Source of the DNA: Candidatus Giovannonibacteria bacterium RIFCSPHIGHO2_01_FULL_45_24
GTDB lineage: Bacteria > Patescibacteriota > Minisyncoccia > UBA11713 > 2-01-FULL-45-33
Direction: 5' to 3'
DNA length: 64,000 nt
Assembly: GCA_001778495.1 (NCBI GenBank)
Contig: MFHE01000014.1
Span: forward strand, 8,409-72,408
Shown: piece after piece, positions 37,764 through 47,500 of the stretch
How positions within the stretch are numbered: position 1 is the first letter of the stretch
Layout: each line of letters opens with the position of its first letter
Notes under the pieces: generated by a model
Databases searched by the model: none
Told to the model about the DNA's origin: nothing
What the model saw: the letters and a program-made list of their open reading frames with translations, nothing else
Position numbers and translations under genes: made by a program

Positions 37764-38999
37764 CTATGGCTTTAATTTCAAGCTCCAGAGATTGCCGGAG
37801 GGTTTGTCGCGGAAGAGAAGATAAGAATCGTCGGCCAGGATTTTTGGAGAAACGACATCTAACGGCGTCGGAACAAAAGACGATATCTGACCAGTTGCAG
37901 TGTTAATCAGGACAAAATCGTCTTGAAACGAGATTTTGCCTTTCCACCAATCGTCCGGGAGCCCGCCAGCGCCCGGCGCCGGGGAGCGCGGCGCGGCGCA
38001 ATATGCGATGTTTTTTTCCGTCCGCGAAAACGCGCACTTTTCGGCGATTGTTTTGACGCCTAAGTCTTTCGTCTCCCCGGTTTTTGCGTCAACAAATCTT
38101 AAGTCAAAAAGATTTCCGTCGGACGTCACCCGGGAATAAAGCGCGCCCGAGCCGTCCGCGCTCCAAACCGCATCCAATCCTAGTCCCTCGGCGATTTTGG
38201 CAAATTCGCCGGTGTTTACGTTGAGCGAATAAAGAAATCCGCGCGCCGCGTAGGAAGATTTTGTTTTAAGGGCGATGAGATTTTGCGCCGGCCAGCTGAT
38301 TTCAAAAATTGGAATGTCGTTATCAAAAATTTTTCTTTGGTTTCCAAAATCAGAATTTGCGATAAAAATATTTTGGCTTTCCCCTAAATCATTTATAAAC
38401 GCCACCAGCCTTGAGTCAGGAGAAAAAGCGACGTCGGAGACGCCGTCCGGCAGGAAATTCGTCCGCGGAGTGGAGGTTGAATAATCCGTCAAAAGTTTTC
38501 TGATTTGCCCGCCCAAGTTGTAAAAAATCACGGCCCGCCTCGCGTCCGGAGCCCAGAGGATGCGAAGAATTTGGGGAATAGTGAAATTGGAAATCCTTTT
38601 TTCTTCATCCGTCCCGTCCACTTTCCTTTCAAAAAGGTGCCCCAGCGCCTCGGCGATATTTTTGTGGTAGCGGACGGAGGTTGTTCCGACCGGAATAAGC
38701 GAAGAAATGTTTGCCTTGCTTAGCCGGATAAGGGTGCCAATCGGTAAGTCTTGGGCGGCTTGAGGCGTAAGGGGCAACTCGCCGCCATCCGGAGAAAAAC
38801 CGGGTTTTTTGGCAGATTCAAAACCCGGTTTTGAAGAGGAGGGCGGCGTTTCGGCGCCGAACGGGAAGATTCCAAAAAAACCTCCACCCTCGCCCGGCGC
38901 TTCATCGCTTTTGGTTCCGAGATAAATCAAAACACCCAGCGCCAGTATTATTACCGCCCCGACGATTATTATATTTCTTTTGGTTAACAGGTTTTCCAT
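37764..38999 (-). CDS. Membrane-anchored beta-propeller protein (TolB/PD40-like repeats)
   Basis: N-terminal TM segment and a G/P/S-rich linker. Repeated DVAFSPDSRLVAF / AVWSADGSGALY type blades. Confidence 0.6.
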   Translation of the reverse strand: MENLLTKRNIIIVGAVIILALGVLIYLGTKSDEAPGEGGGFFGIFPFGAETPPSSSKPGFESAKKPGFSPDGGELPLTPQAAQDLPIGTLIRLSKANISSLIPVGTTSVRYHKNIAEALGHLFERKVDGTDEEKRISNFTIPQILRILWAPDARRAVIFYNLGGQIRKLLTDYSTSTPRTNFLPDGVSDVAFSPDSRLVAFINDLGESQNIFIANSDFGNQRKIFDNDIPIFEISWPAQNLIALKTKSSYAARGFLYSLNVNTGEFAKIAEGLGLDAVWSADGSGALYSRVTSDGNLFDLRFVDAKTGETKDLGVKTIAEKCAFSRTEKNIAYCAAPRSPAPGAGGLPDDWWKGKISFQDDFVLINTATGQISSFVPTPLDVVSPKILADDSYLLFRDKPSGNLWSLKLKP

Positions 39000-39005
39000 G
39001 TCATT

Positions 39006-39587
39006 TTAAGGCGGCGGTATAATCGTGGCGGGAGCGCAAGCGCCGAGAGTGCTTCCCGAAGGGATATTGCAGATTCCTGACGGGCAGTCAGACGGTTTTC
39101 GGCATGTGCCGGCAACAAGTTTGCACATACCGACACTTTGTCCTGGCAGAATGTCGCAGAATCCAGGTGCGCATTGGGATTGTGTAGTGCATGGCAAGCC
39201 GATATGGTCGGGCCCCGATTGCGTACTCGGCAATTCTTTGATATTTAGTTTCAAATTTACCAAGTCGGGGTTGATGGTCCACAAAATCAGCCATGAGGCC
39301 AGCGCCAAAAGGAGCCCGAAAATCGCCTGCATGATGCGGTCTTTGGCGTCAGCTTTCGCGTCTACCGCTTCTGATATGGCGTATTCAATCCCACCGATGG
39401 TTATCATCACGACCGCTAAAACGGCGGCAAGCCCCAAGATAAAAGGAATAATCCTCCCGACATATGTCGGAAAATCGCTCACGCTTTGGCCGGTGTGGGG
39501 CAGCGGCTGGAGCAAATTATAATCCGCGGCGAAGGCAAACGCGCCGGAGGAGAGAAGAATTACGACAAATAAGATTTTTAATTTCAT
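39006..39587 (-). CDS. T4SS pilin-like protein (TrbC/VirB2 topology) with a C-terminal cysteine-rich extension
   Basis: Signal peptide, then two hydrophobic helices: IIPFILGLAAVLAVVMITIGGIEYAIS and AIFGLLLALASWLILWTINP. These are joined by AVDAKADAKDRI. After that comes a ~65-aa tail with 8 Cys. Confidence 0.7.
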   Translation of the reverse strand: MKLKILFVVILLSSGAFAFAADYNLLQPLPHTGQSVSDFPTYVGRIIPFILGLAAVLAVVMITIGGIEYAISEAVDAKADAKDRIMQAIFGLLLALASWLILWTINPDLVNLKLNIKELPSTQSGPDHIGLPCTTQSQCAPGFCDILPGQSVGMCKLVAGTCRKPSDCPSGICNIPSGSTLGACAPATIIPPP

Positions 39588-40567
39588 AATCCCGTTTTTA
39601 TATTTAATCTGCCCTCGGCGCCTTGAAACAACGTCTTTGCGTCTTTGATGGTTACTGAAACGTCCGCGGCCGACTCGGCGCCGGCAGGCGCCTCAAGGTT
39701 CAAGAGTCGAGGGTTTCCGGCGTCTGGCTTAATTTTCTCCCCGTTCGCTCTCCAATCGAACTCTGCGCGCGCAAGGGAGCTTAAACTGAAATAAAACGGC
39801 TCCGCCAAAATGGAAAACTGCTCGCCCGCGTTAGCGGAAAATGACGGCAGCGCGGAAGAAATCAACCCCGTAAGCGGATTTGTTTTGTAGAAAACCAGCT
39901 CCGGGGCAGTTGTTTTAAAACGCGCGTCTTTTTTGGCGAAAATTCCGCCATCCGCCGCACTGACCCGCAGAGAAATTTCGTATTCGCCGCCCCGTATGTC
40001 CGCGAGCCGCAAGAGAAGTTTGTTTCTCCCCCCGCCGGACTGGGCCAAAAGCGGCTTTCTGTCCAAAGACCATTCGTAAATCAGGTTTTGCGGTTTGAGT
40101 TTTGCGCCGTTTCTGAACAAATGCGGCGCGGCGATAATTTCAACCTCGCTTCCGGGCGTTGCCAAAGCGGCTCCGCGGTAAAACGGCGGAGTGTAAGTCA
40201 GCGGGTGAATGACAAAATCTATGTCGGTTACGCTGATACTCGTCCGCGCCTTGTAAAAAAGCCCATCGGCAGAAATTGCTTCCACTATTATATTCATCTC
40301 CGTTCCGAGTTTGCCCGCGGTGAAGGTTTTTTCGGATAGCCCCACTCCGGCATCAACCTTTTTGTCGCCCAGAAACCAGACGAAATTAGCCCTCCGCCCG
40401 TCAAAGGCGAATGAGCGCGCGGTTACGGTTATCGCGCTTCCGGCGCGCGGGGACTGGGGTGAAACATTGAGCGTAAAATTGTCTGGCGTGGAAAAAGTTT
40501 GCGCGTCCGCGCCCCCCGCGGCGGCCAGGAGGAGAAAAAATATTAAATTTTTGTAAAAAGTTTTCAC
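39584..40567 (-). CDS. Secreted protein with three beta-sandwich-like internal repeats, hypothetical
   Basis: Signal peptide ending in GGADAQ. Three ~95-aa segments share a ...W.L(D/G)..K pattern: FVWFLGDKK, YEWSLDRKP, FDWRANGEK. Confidence 0.6.
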   Translation of the reverse strand: MKTFYKNLIFFLLLAAAGGADAQTFSTPDNFTLNVSPQSPRAGSAITVTARSFAFDGRRANFVWFLGDKKVDAGVGLSEKTFTAGKLGTEMNIIVEAISADGLFYKARTSISVTDIDFVIHPLTYTPPFYRGAALATPGSEVEIIAAPHLFRNGAKLKPQNLIYEWSLDRKPLLAQSGGGRNKLLLRLADIRGGEYEISLRVSAADGGIFAKKDARFKTTAPELVFYKTNPLTGLISSALPSFSANAGEQFSILAEPFYFSLSSLARAEFDWRANGEKIKPDAGNPRLLNLEAPAGAESAADVSVTIKDAKTLFQGAEGRLNIKTGL

Positions 40568-41022
40568 GATTTTTTAAATGATGCCAATTTGGCTAATTTT
40601 CCCACGACAGGCATGCGCCCGGAAAATTCAAAAATTACGGTAAGCGTTGCGAAAGCCGTCCAGCCTGGCAGGGAATTTACGAGCGGCATAATCTCAACCC
40701 CCATCGCCCCAATCAGCGAGAGCAGCGTTTTGAATCCCCTGCTTTCATACATGGACATCCCCAGCATTTTAAGCCAGACGTAGAACAAAAGCAGCGCAAA
40801 GACGTCTATTATCCAGTTTACCACCACTCCGATGATGATTAAGTTCAGGAATAATTGCAGTCCGTCTATCAAAAGTGCGACGAGTACAAGCAAAACTGCG
40901 TTGGGAACGCTTAGCTTCGCCTCTCGCGCGCCTGTTTTTACTGCGCCTTGTTCCGGAGCCGCGTCCGCATTCCTTGCTTCTTGCAGACCTGCGTAATTTT
41001 CCGCTGTTGTCGCATCCGCCAT
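40564..41022 (-). CDS. Three-TM membrane protein (152 aa), hypothetical
   Basis: 4-nt overlap with the downstream gene, and a 3-nt gap from the virB4-like stop. Confidence 0.55.
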   Translation of the reverse strand: MADATTAENYAGLQEARNADAAPEQGAVKTGAREAKLSVPNAVLLVLVALLIDGLQLFLNLIIIGVVVNWIIDVFALLLFYVWLKMLGMSMYESRGFKTLLSLIGAMGVEIMPLVNSLPGWTAFATLTVIFEFSGRMPVVGKLAKLASFKKS

Positions 41023-41025
41023 AAA

Positions 41026-42843
41026 TTATTTTTGCTGCTGGCTAAAATCCTGCTTCGCCCTTTTAATCGCCAAAAGCTGGGCCGGGTCCGAAGTGATAAG
41101 CTGGTCCTCCGTGTAGGACGCCAGAATTTTAATGGCTACATGCTTCAGCCCCGCGAAGAAAAGCCCCTCGCCGACGTCGGATTCCAAAAGCAAAAACTTT
41201 TCTTCCTCGGTGAGGTTGAAATTCTGCTTCAAAACTTCTATTGACGCCGGTGACTGGTGGAGCAGTATCTGGATTGATGAGTTGGTGATTAGCGGCTTGC
41301 CGTAAGGGGAGTTCAAAAAATCGCCGACATCCTGCGTGATGGTCGCGACGCCCAAGTAATATTTTCTCGCGCGCTTGGCGATGCCGTAGAGAAACGACGC
41401 TCCGTCCTCGTTTTTCATAATCCACCACGCTTCGTCCACCACCAGAATTCTTTTTTTGAGCTGCGCGCGGACGGCGCTCCAGATGTAGTTGATAATCAGA
41501 TACATCGCCACCGGCCTAAGCTCGTCTTCCATGTCGCGGACGGAAAAAACCGCCAGCTTTTGGTTTATGTCAACATTAGTCGGCTGGTTTACGAAGCCCG
41601 CCCAGGTGCCCTTGGTGAATTTCCGGAGCCGCTGCGCCAAAGATTCCCCGCCTTCCATATTCGCGAGCACCAGCTCCAAATCGGAAAGTATCGGGGGAAC
41701 GGCTTTTTGAAAATCGCTGTCAGGCGTGATGTCCCTGGAAGCGTAGGTTTCGGCAATCGCGCGGTCTATTACGGCGTCTTCTTCCGGCGTCAGCCCCCCG
41801 AGCATTATCCGGAAAAGCCCCACCAGGTTTATGATGTGCGAGCGCAAGACATCGGCCGGAGATTCGTCTTCCCGCGGCGTCGGCAGGTCAAAAGGATTTA
41901 TGTGGTGGTGCGAGGTCAGGGATATGTTGAAATATCTTCCGCCGACCGCCTCCGCCAGATATTCATACTCTCTCTCCGGGTCTATGACTATCACGTCCGT
42001 GTCAAACATCAAGGAGCGCAGAATTTCCAGCTTGGTCGCGTAAGATTTTCCGGCCCCGGCTTTGGCGAAAATAACCGAGTTGTAGTTTTCCAGAGAAAAC
42101 CTGTCAAAAAGCACCAGGGAATTGTTGTGCGAGTTTATGCCGTAGAGAATCCCCTTGTTTGAAGTAAGGTCAAAGGAAACGAACGGGAAAACGCTGGACG
42201 CGGGTGAAGAGTTCAGATAATTATTTACAGCGAGCTTATCCGTTGCCTGCGGGAACACGGAGTCCAGACCCTCTTTTTGCTGGAAGAGCGCGGGCTTGGC
42301 GTAGACGAGGCGCGACTCCAGCATTGATTTTATTTCCGCTTCCACCTTGTCCAGCTCATCCATTGTGTTGCCGTAGACGGCGATGTAAAGCCCGAAGTTA
42401 AAAAGCCGTTCCTGCGCCTGCTGGAGCTTGTCCCTTAAAGATTCCAAATCCTGGAAAGCGGTGTCCAAAACCGGGTCCCGCACCAGCCCTTTCTCCTGGC
42501 GAATGGCAATTTGCGACTGCACCTCGGCGACTTTTCTTTGGAGTTTTCGTAGCACCGCGGCCGTGTCAACGGGGTGGATGAAAATTGAGACGTCAAAAAC
42601 CTTGTCCAGATTTATCACAGGGCTGAACCAGTTTGAAGATAAAAATCTCGGTAGCGCGAAGATGAAAAGCGTCCGCATCAGTTTTTCCCCAAGCCGCACA
42701 TTGTTCGCCGCCACCTCCAAAGCGGCCGGGGCGATGACGTCGCGGAGCTCCAAGGTTCCGGCGCGATAAATTTCCTCCGGGAAAACCGGGGTTATTTCCG
42801 TTTCTTCTTTCTTTTTGGTTCTAAAAATGTCTAATAATGCCAT
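41026..42843 (-). CDS. virB4: VirB4/TrbE/TrsE-family T4SS ATPase
   Basis: 605 aa. Walker A FAKAGAGKSY, Walker B ILVVDEAW, and an N-terminal domain with ALPRFLSSNWFSPVINLD typical of VirB4-like proteins. Confidence 0.85.
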   Translation of the reverse strand: MALLDIFRTKKKEETEITPVFPEEIYRAGTLELRDVIAPAALEVAANNVRLGEKLMRTLFIFALPRFLSSNWFSPVINLDKVFDVSIFIHPVDTAAVLRKLQRKVAEVQSQIAIRQEKGLVRDPVLDTAFQDLESLRDKLQQAQERLFNFGLYIAVYGNTMDELDKVEAEIKSMLESRLVYAKPALFQQKEGLDSVFPQATDKLAVNNYLNSSPASSVFPFVSFDLTSNKGILYGINSHNNSLVLFDRFSLENYNSVIFAKAGAGKSYATKLEILRSLMFDTDVIVIDPEREYEYLAEAVGGRYFNISLTSHHHINPFDLPTPREDESPADVLRSHIINLVGLFRIMLGGLTPEEDAVIDRAIAETYASRDITPDSDFQKAVPPILSDLELVLANMEGGESLAQRLRKFTKGTWAGFVNQPTNVDINQKLAVFSVRDMEDELRPVAMYLIINYIWSAVRAQLKKRILVVDEAWWIMKNEDGASFLYGIAKRARKYYLGVATITQDVGDFLNSPYGKPLITNSSIQILLHQSPASIEVLKQNFNLTEEEKFLLLESDVGEGLFFAGLKHVAIKILASYTEDQLITSDPAQLLAIKRAKQDFSQQQK

Positions 42844-42853
42844 GTTTTGAGTT

Positions 42854-43519
42854 TTATGTTACGCGTTGCGTGATTTCGGGCGGCTTGCCTTTTTCTGATT
42901 CCCCCGGATTATAAAGCTCGTAAAATAATTCTATCAGCTCCTCGGTGTTGAGCGGTACCGCCCTGATGCCGGCGCGAACGAGCCCCTGGATTACGCTGTC
43001 CGCCCTTTGCCAGAGCTGGTTTTTGTATTCCTCAAATTTTTCCTGCGGCATGACTTTCGCCCGCCCGCCCGCGCCGCTTCCGCTAAAGAACCCCAGAAGT
43101 TTTTTTACTCCTTCTTTCGGCGTTTCAAATATCGGCGGGGGGAAAGGAACGACCGCGTAGAAATTTTTTGTGACAACGTTTGCGGCTCGGACGAAGGCGC
43201 GCACGAATTCTATGTATTCGGCTATCTGGATTTTGAGAAGCTCGTTGGACTGCCTTGCCTCGGCGGCTTTTAGGGTTTCAATGTAGGGCTCAATGTTAAG
43301 TTTGCGCGACTGGATGAAAAATTGCACGGAAAAATCCATCGCGTTCAAAAAATTCTGGTATTGCAAAATTATCGCCGTCTGCTCATCGGCGCTCTTCAGG
43401 GCGAAATTCAGCGACGAGGCCATAAGCACCGCCCGGAGCGAGCCGTCTTTTAAGAGCAGGACGCCGTCCCTGATTTCCTGTATGTCCAATATTTCCTGCG
43501 ATGCTTGCGCTTGAGCCAT
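42854..43519 (-). CDS. Hypothetical 221-aa protein resembling a stand-alone VirB4 N-terminal-type domain
   Basis: ILDIQEIRDGVLLLKDGSLRAVLMASSLNFALKSADEQTAIILQYQNFLNAMDFSVQFFIQSRK follows the N-terminal pattern of monoderm VirB4 homologues as I remember it. No P-loop. Confidence 0.45.
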   Translation of the reverse strand: MAQAQASQEILDIQEIRDGVLLLKDGSLRAVLMASSLNFALKSADEQTAIILQYQNFLNAMDFSVQFFIQSRKLNIEPYIETLKAAEARQSNELLKIQIAEYIEFVRAFVRAANVVTKNFYAVVPFPPPIFETPKEGVKKLLGFFSGSGAGGRAKVMPQEKFEEYKNQLWQRADSVIQGLVRAGIRAVPLNTEELIELFYELYNPGESEKGKPPEITQRVT

Positions 43520-43520
43520 T

Positions 43521-43931
43521 TTATCTTTTTATCTTTTCCTGTATGTCCAGCGACCAGGACAGGTCTTGTAATTTGCTTTGGGTAAGCCTCGGTCCCGTTA
43601 GAGGCAGGCCGCCTTTGGCGGCCGCCGCCGACTCTTGTCGGCGGGCCTCTAACGGGATTTTCCTCCATAGATAAAGACGGGAGGAAGATGCGAAATTAAG
43701 CGCGCTTCCGAGCACTTTAATAAACGGCTGGCCGTTTATTTTTAAAAACGCGAGCGCTCCCGCGAAAGCCGCCACCGGCGCGCCCAAAAGGATTACCAGC
43801 CAAAGCTGAAAGTAAATATACATCAAAAAGATGAGCGCCGCGCCGCCCAGGACGTAAAAAAACTGCTTTGCGGTTAGGGGCCCGAAAATCTTATCTTCTA
43901 TATCTATAAATTGCGGAACTTGGTGCTGCAT
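43521..43931 (-). CDS. PrgI-family (VirB3-like) membrane protein
   Basis: VPQFIDIEDKIFGPLTAKQFFYVLGGAALIF followed by two TM helices. It lies immediately upstream of the VirB4 pair. Confidence 0.7.
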   Translation of the reverse strand: MQHQVPQFIDIEDKIFGPLTAKQFFYVLGGAALIFLMYIYFQLWLVILLGAPVAAFAGALAFLKINGQPFIKVLGSALNFASSSRLYLWRKIPLEARRQESAAAAKGGLPLTGPRLTQSKLQDLSWSLDIQEKIKR

Positions 43932-43932
43932 A

Positions 43933-44532
43933 TTATTCTATTTGTTCCCTATAAGGGTCCTTTTCGTATTGCGGTCCTTGCTTGAGCGCCGGGGCGTTTA
44001 ACTCTTTCTCCAGCGCGCTCTTGGCGGCAAGGTGGTTTGGCGGCAGTGATTCCGGTTTCTGCGGGATAATATCCGGTACGACCTTCGCGGATTCCCCGAC
44101 GGGCGGAGGGATGTTTTTTACGAAAATTGAAGGGATTTCCCCAATTTCCGGTTTTATCTCCGGCGGTTTAGGTGGCGGCTTAATGTCTTCGCGCGTTGGG
44201 AGTGGTTTTTGCGCGCCAAGCCCATGAATTCTCTTCAGCGATTCCCGCACCGGCTGGAAAACTTTTTGATTGATTTCTTCCGCAATCGCCCGCGCTTTCT
44301 CCGGCGCGACTCCAAGCCGGCTCGTCAGATTTTTCACGTATTCCGAAGGCGGGGTAATTCCGAGCATCACCCGCCCGGTTTCTTGCGCAAGCTCCCCGAC
44401 TTTGTCTATCATCAGTCCGTATTTTTTCCCGGCTTCTTTAATTGCCTCCGCGGTTGCCGGAGCAAAAAGCGCCTTGCGGAGATTTTCCGGCAGGTCCGAG
44501 ACTCTTTCCAATATATCTTTTTGGTCTGCCAT
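43933..44532 (-). CDS. Hypothetical cytoplasmic protein with a Pro-rich C-terminal half (199 aa)
   Basis: No TM segment. Contains a KPPPKPPEIKPEIGEIP tract. 1-nt gap to the PrgI-like gene. Confidence 0.5.
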   Translation of the reverse strand: MADQKDILERVSDLPENLRKALFAPATAEAIKEAGKKYGLMIDKVGELAQETGRVMLGITPPSEYVKNLTSRLGVAPEKARAIAEEINQKVFQPVRESLKRIHGLGAQKPLPTREDIKPPPKPPEIKPEIGEIPSIFVKNIPPPVGESAKVVPDIIPQKPESLPPNHLAAKSALEKELNAPALKQGPQYEKDPYREQIE

Positions 44533-44557
44533 AATTTTATTTCATCATTAATTTTAA

Positions 44558-47500
44558 TTAAGGGGTTTTTGAGGGTATCGGCGGCGGCTTGCCTTCTAAT
44601 ATGCTTTCAATAACGTCTCTATACGGAGACCCGACGTAATTCCGCAGTTCTTGGGCCACCATATTGTTATTTCTAGCCTGCATTGCCGTTGCAAGAGCGT
44701 CTGCTCTTTCTTGCGGCGTAGTCTTTTTACCTATAATCCCCTCAAACCCCTCTTTAAACGCCGCGGCTCGCCTTGCGTCCCCAGTGATTAGCGAAATGTC
44801 CTCAATGGTCGCGCCGGCGAGCATGTCCTCAACGAATTCTTTTTGTTTAATAATTTCCGGAGACAAGTTCCTGCGCATCGCTTTGGCATCAACTTTGGTC
44901 AGATGGGAAACCAAAGCTCTTTGGTAATTGGCATACCCTGCCGGGTTTGCCCTGTAATCTGCGTAAGCCACCCCTTCTACGTTTTCTACGTATGCTCTGG
45001 GGGTAAGGAAGGTGCCGTACTTTGATTGCAGGTTGCGCTTTGATATGTTCCCGCCGAGCTTTTTGGCCCTTTCGTGCTTATCTGCGTCTGCGCTTGCAGC
45101 AAGGATGTTAATAACTCGCGCGACTTTGTTTTCATCGCCCACCTTGGTCAAAATGTCCAAATCTTCATCAGACATCAGTGACACGTCAACTTCAAGGTCA
45201 TCTGCTTTCTTTTGACTGACATTTTTGACGGCGGCTTCGCGATACGAACGATATTCTCCGGCGCTGAAGCGGGTTTTAATTATCCCCTCGGCGGCGTCGG
45301 CCGCGCCCGCGTTCCAGGCGGCCTGCTGGGCCGGGGTTAATGACGGAGCTATCGCGGTTGACGGCGCTTTTCTGAATCCGGCGATGAATCTTGCGCGGGC
45401 ATCGTCGTCTTTTAGTTTGCGAAGCAGCGCTTCCCTGCCGTCGTCATTGGCGTCAAGATGCGCCTTTCTTTGCTCGTCTTCTGATTTGCGCAAGACGCCG
45501 GCGACTTTGATATCCTGCTGTTCTTTTGGAGTAAATCGTCTGCGGATAACGCTTTCCGCTGAATCGCGCGCGAGAGCGCCTGGAGCGCCGAGCGAGTCCG
45601 CAAATTCGGCCCTGTCTTCGTCGCTCTTCATTTTGCGAAGCAGCGCCTCCTTGTCATCATCCGTGAAATTTGGCTGGGACCAAGCAGCAACCCGCTCGCT
45701 TTTGGGTTTTTGCATAATTCTGGCAATGCGGAAGTTCTGCGCGTCTTTGGGCGAGAAGCGCGAATTGATTAACGCCTCCGCGTTTGCGGCTAAAGCCGGA
45801 TTGGTCAGCGCGAACCCGTCCACAAGAGCCGCCCTTTCTTCGTCGCTCATCCCGCGGAGCGCCTGCTCTGTGGCGTTCAAATTGCCAGTCGTCAGATATC
45901 CGGCCATCTGCGCTTGCTGCTGCGGCAAGGTCATCCGCTTCCATCCCTCGGCGTCGTATGCCGCCGCGGCGGTTGGCGGAACCTGCCTCTTGAGGAATGT
46001 CTCGGCGGAGGCGCGATCGGCTGGCGACATAAACTTCATCATCTCCTGCTGTTCAGCAGGAGTCATTTTGTTCAAAAGAGAACTCTTTTCCTGATTGTTA
46101 AGCCCGGCATAATATCTGGCCTGCCGGTCGGGCGTTAGTTTTTTGGCGAAATCGGCCATCGCTTCCGCTCTTTTTTCCGCTCCGCCCAGACCGCGGAGCC
46201 ACCCGGCGAACGCGGTCGGAGCCGTGCCCAAAATCGGGAATCTCGCCTGCATCTTCGCCGCCGCCGGCGTTATCGCCGTCCCCACGACCCCCGTAGTATA
46301 CCTCGCCGCCACCGCCCCCACCGCCCCCGTGAGCCATTTTCTGCTTGCGGTTGCCCACCCAAGGACAGACCCCGCAAAATATACTCCCATTGTGCGGGCG
46401 ATCAAAAGTGAGGAAATTAGCAATACAACTACGGTAAATATGTCAACCCAAAACGCGAAATCTTGTGTTATGTTGCCGCCAACCGCATTTCGCGCCATAG
46501 CGTTGGCTATGGAAACACTGATATATAAAAGAAACATAAAAGCTGGAAAGAAAAATGAATGCATAATTAGCTTTTCCCACCAAGTATGCCAGTGTTTTTC
46601 CGTCGTCGGTAATATGTAAAACAAAAACGCTAAGGGCGCTAGCACTAATAGTATTGCTAATATAGCAAAACGAATGATCATCAAAATCCCGCCGAACACA
46701 AATACAAAGATGAGCGGGAGAGAAACTATAAGCGCGGACATAACTAGATAAAAATAATCTATTGCCGATTTCACATCACCGATATTGCTTAATTTGGCCC
46801 AGCTAACTCCTACGGCCGCCCCGCTAAGTATCGCTGCGGCAAGGCCAATGGCGCCCGGGCAAAAAATTCCCGTTGCGCAGCCGGCCGCAATAATGCCACC
46901 CGCCAGAAGTCCTCCTATGTTGCCCCATAGCGCGCCGCTTCTGACATAAGACCCTTGATCGATGTCGCTTGTGTCAAATATTTTTTGAAATCTGGCCCCG
47001 GCAATTAAAGATTGAGATATAGGCATGCTCCCGTTTTTAGTAAGCACGTTCCAAAACTGCCGCCCTAAGATATTGGCAGAGTCAATGACTATGTAACTAA
47101 TTGTTAAGCTAAAGTTAATAAGCAATGCTATGGTAATAAGTTTTACCAGTAATGCTTTGGCATTATGGCTTTGGATCCGTAAGATTGTAGCTATAGCAAT
47201 AGCCAGAAGTATTAGTATAAAAAATAAGTTGGCCACATCGCGCGATATTTTCCAGCCCTCCTGAATTGCTACTAAATTATTAAATCCGCTTAAAGCCGCA
47301 TTGCGAATTGTCAAGTCGAAGAAACTGCCCGCTAACGATACAAATTTAGTAACGGTGAGCAGTACCGCTGTCAAAATTGTATTAAGCCCCCATAAAAACG
47401 CGCTTCCAAGACTGAAAGCGCCCTCCGCTTTTTGCATAAGCACTTTTTCGTCCCCCGCTTTGATTGGCGCGGAAGGATTGTCTGCCGCCAATGCCAAAGG

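Noticed and set aside
45225-46094. 289-aa Ser/Ala-rich plus-strand ORF, plus several others between 44664 and 46619
   Set aside because: It mirrors the repeat-rich C-terminal domain of the 1008-aa VirB6-like ORF. The low-complexity Ser/Ala composition is typical of antisense frames of E/K/A-rich genes.
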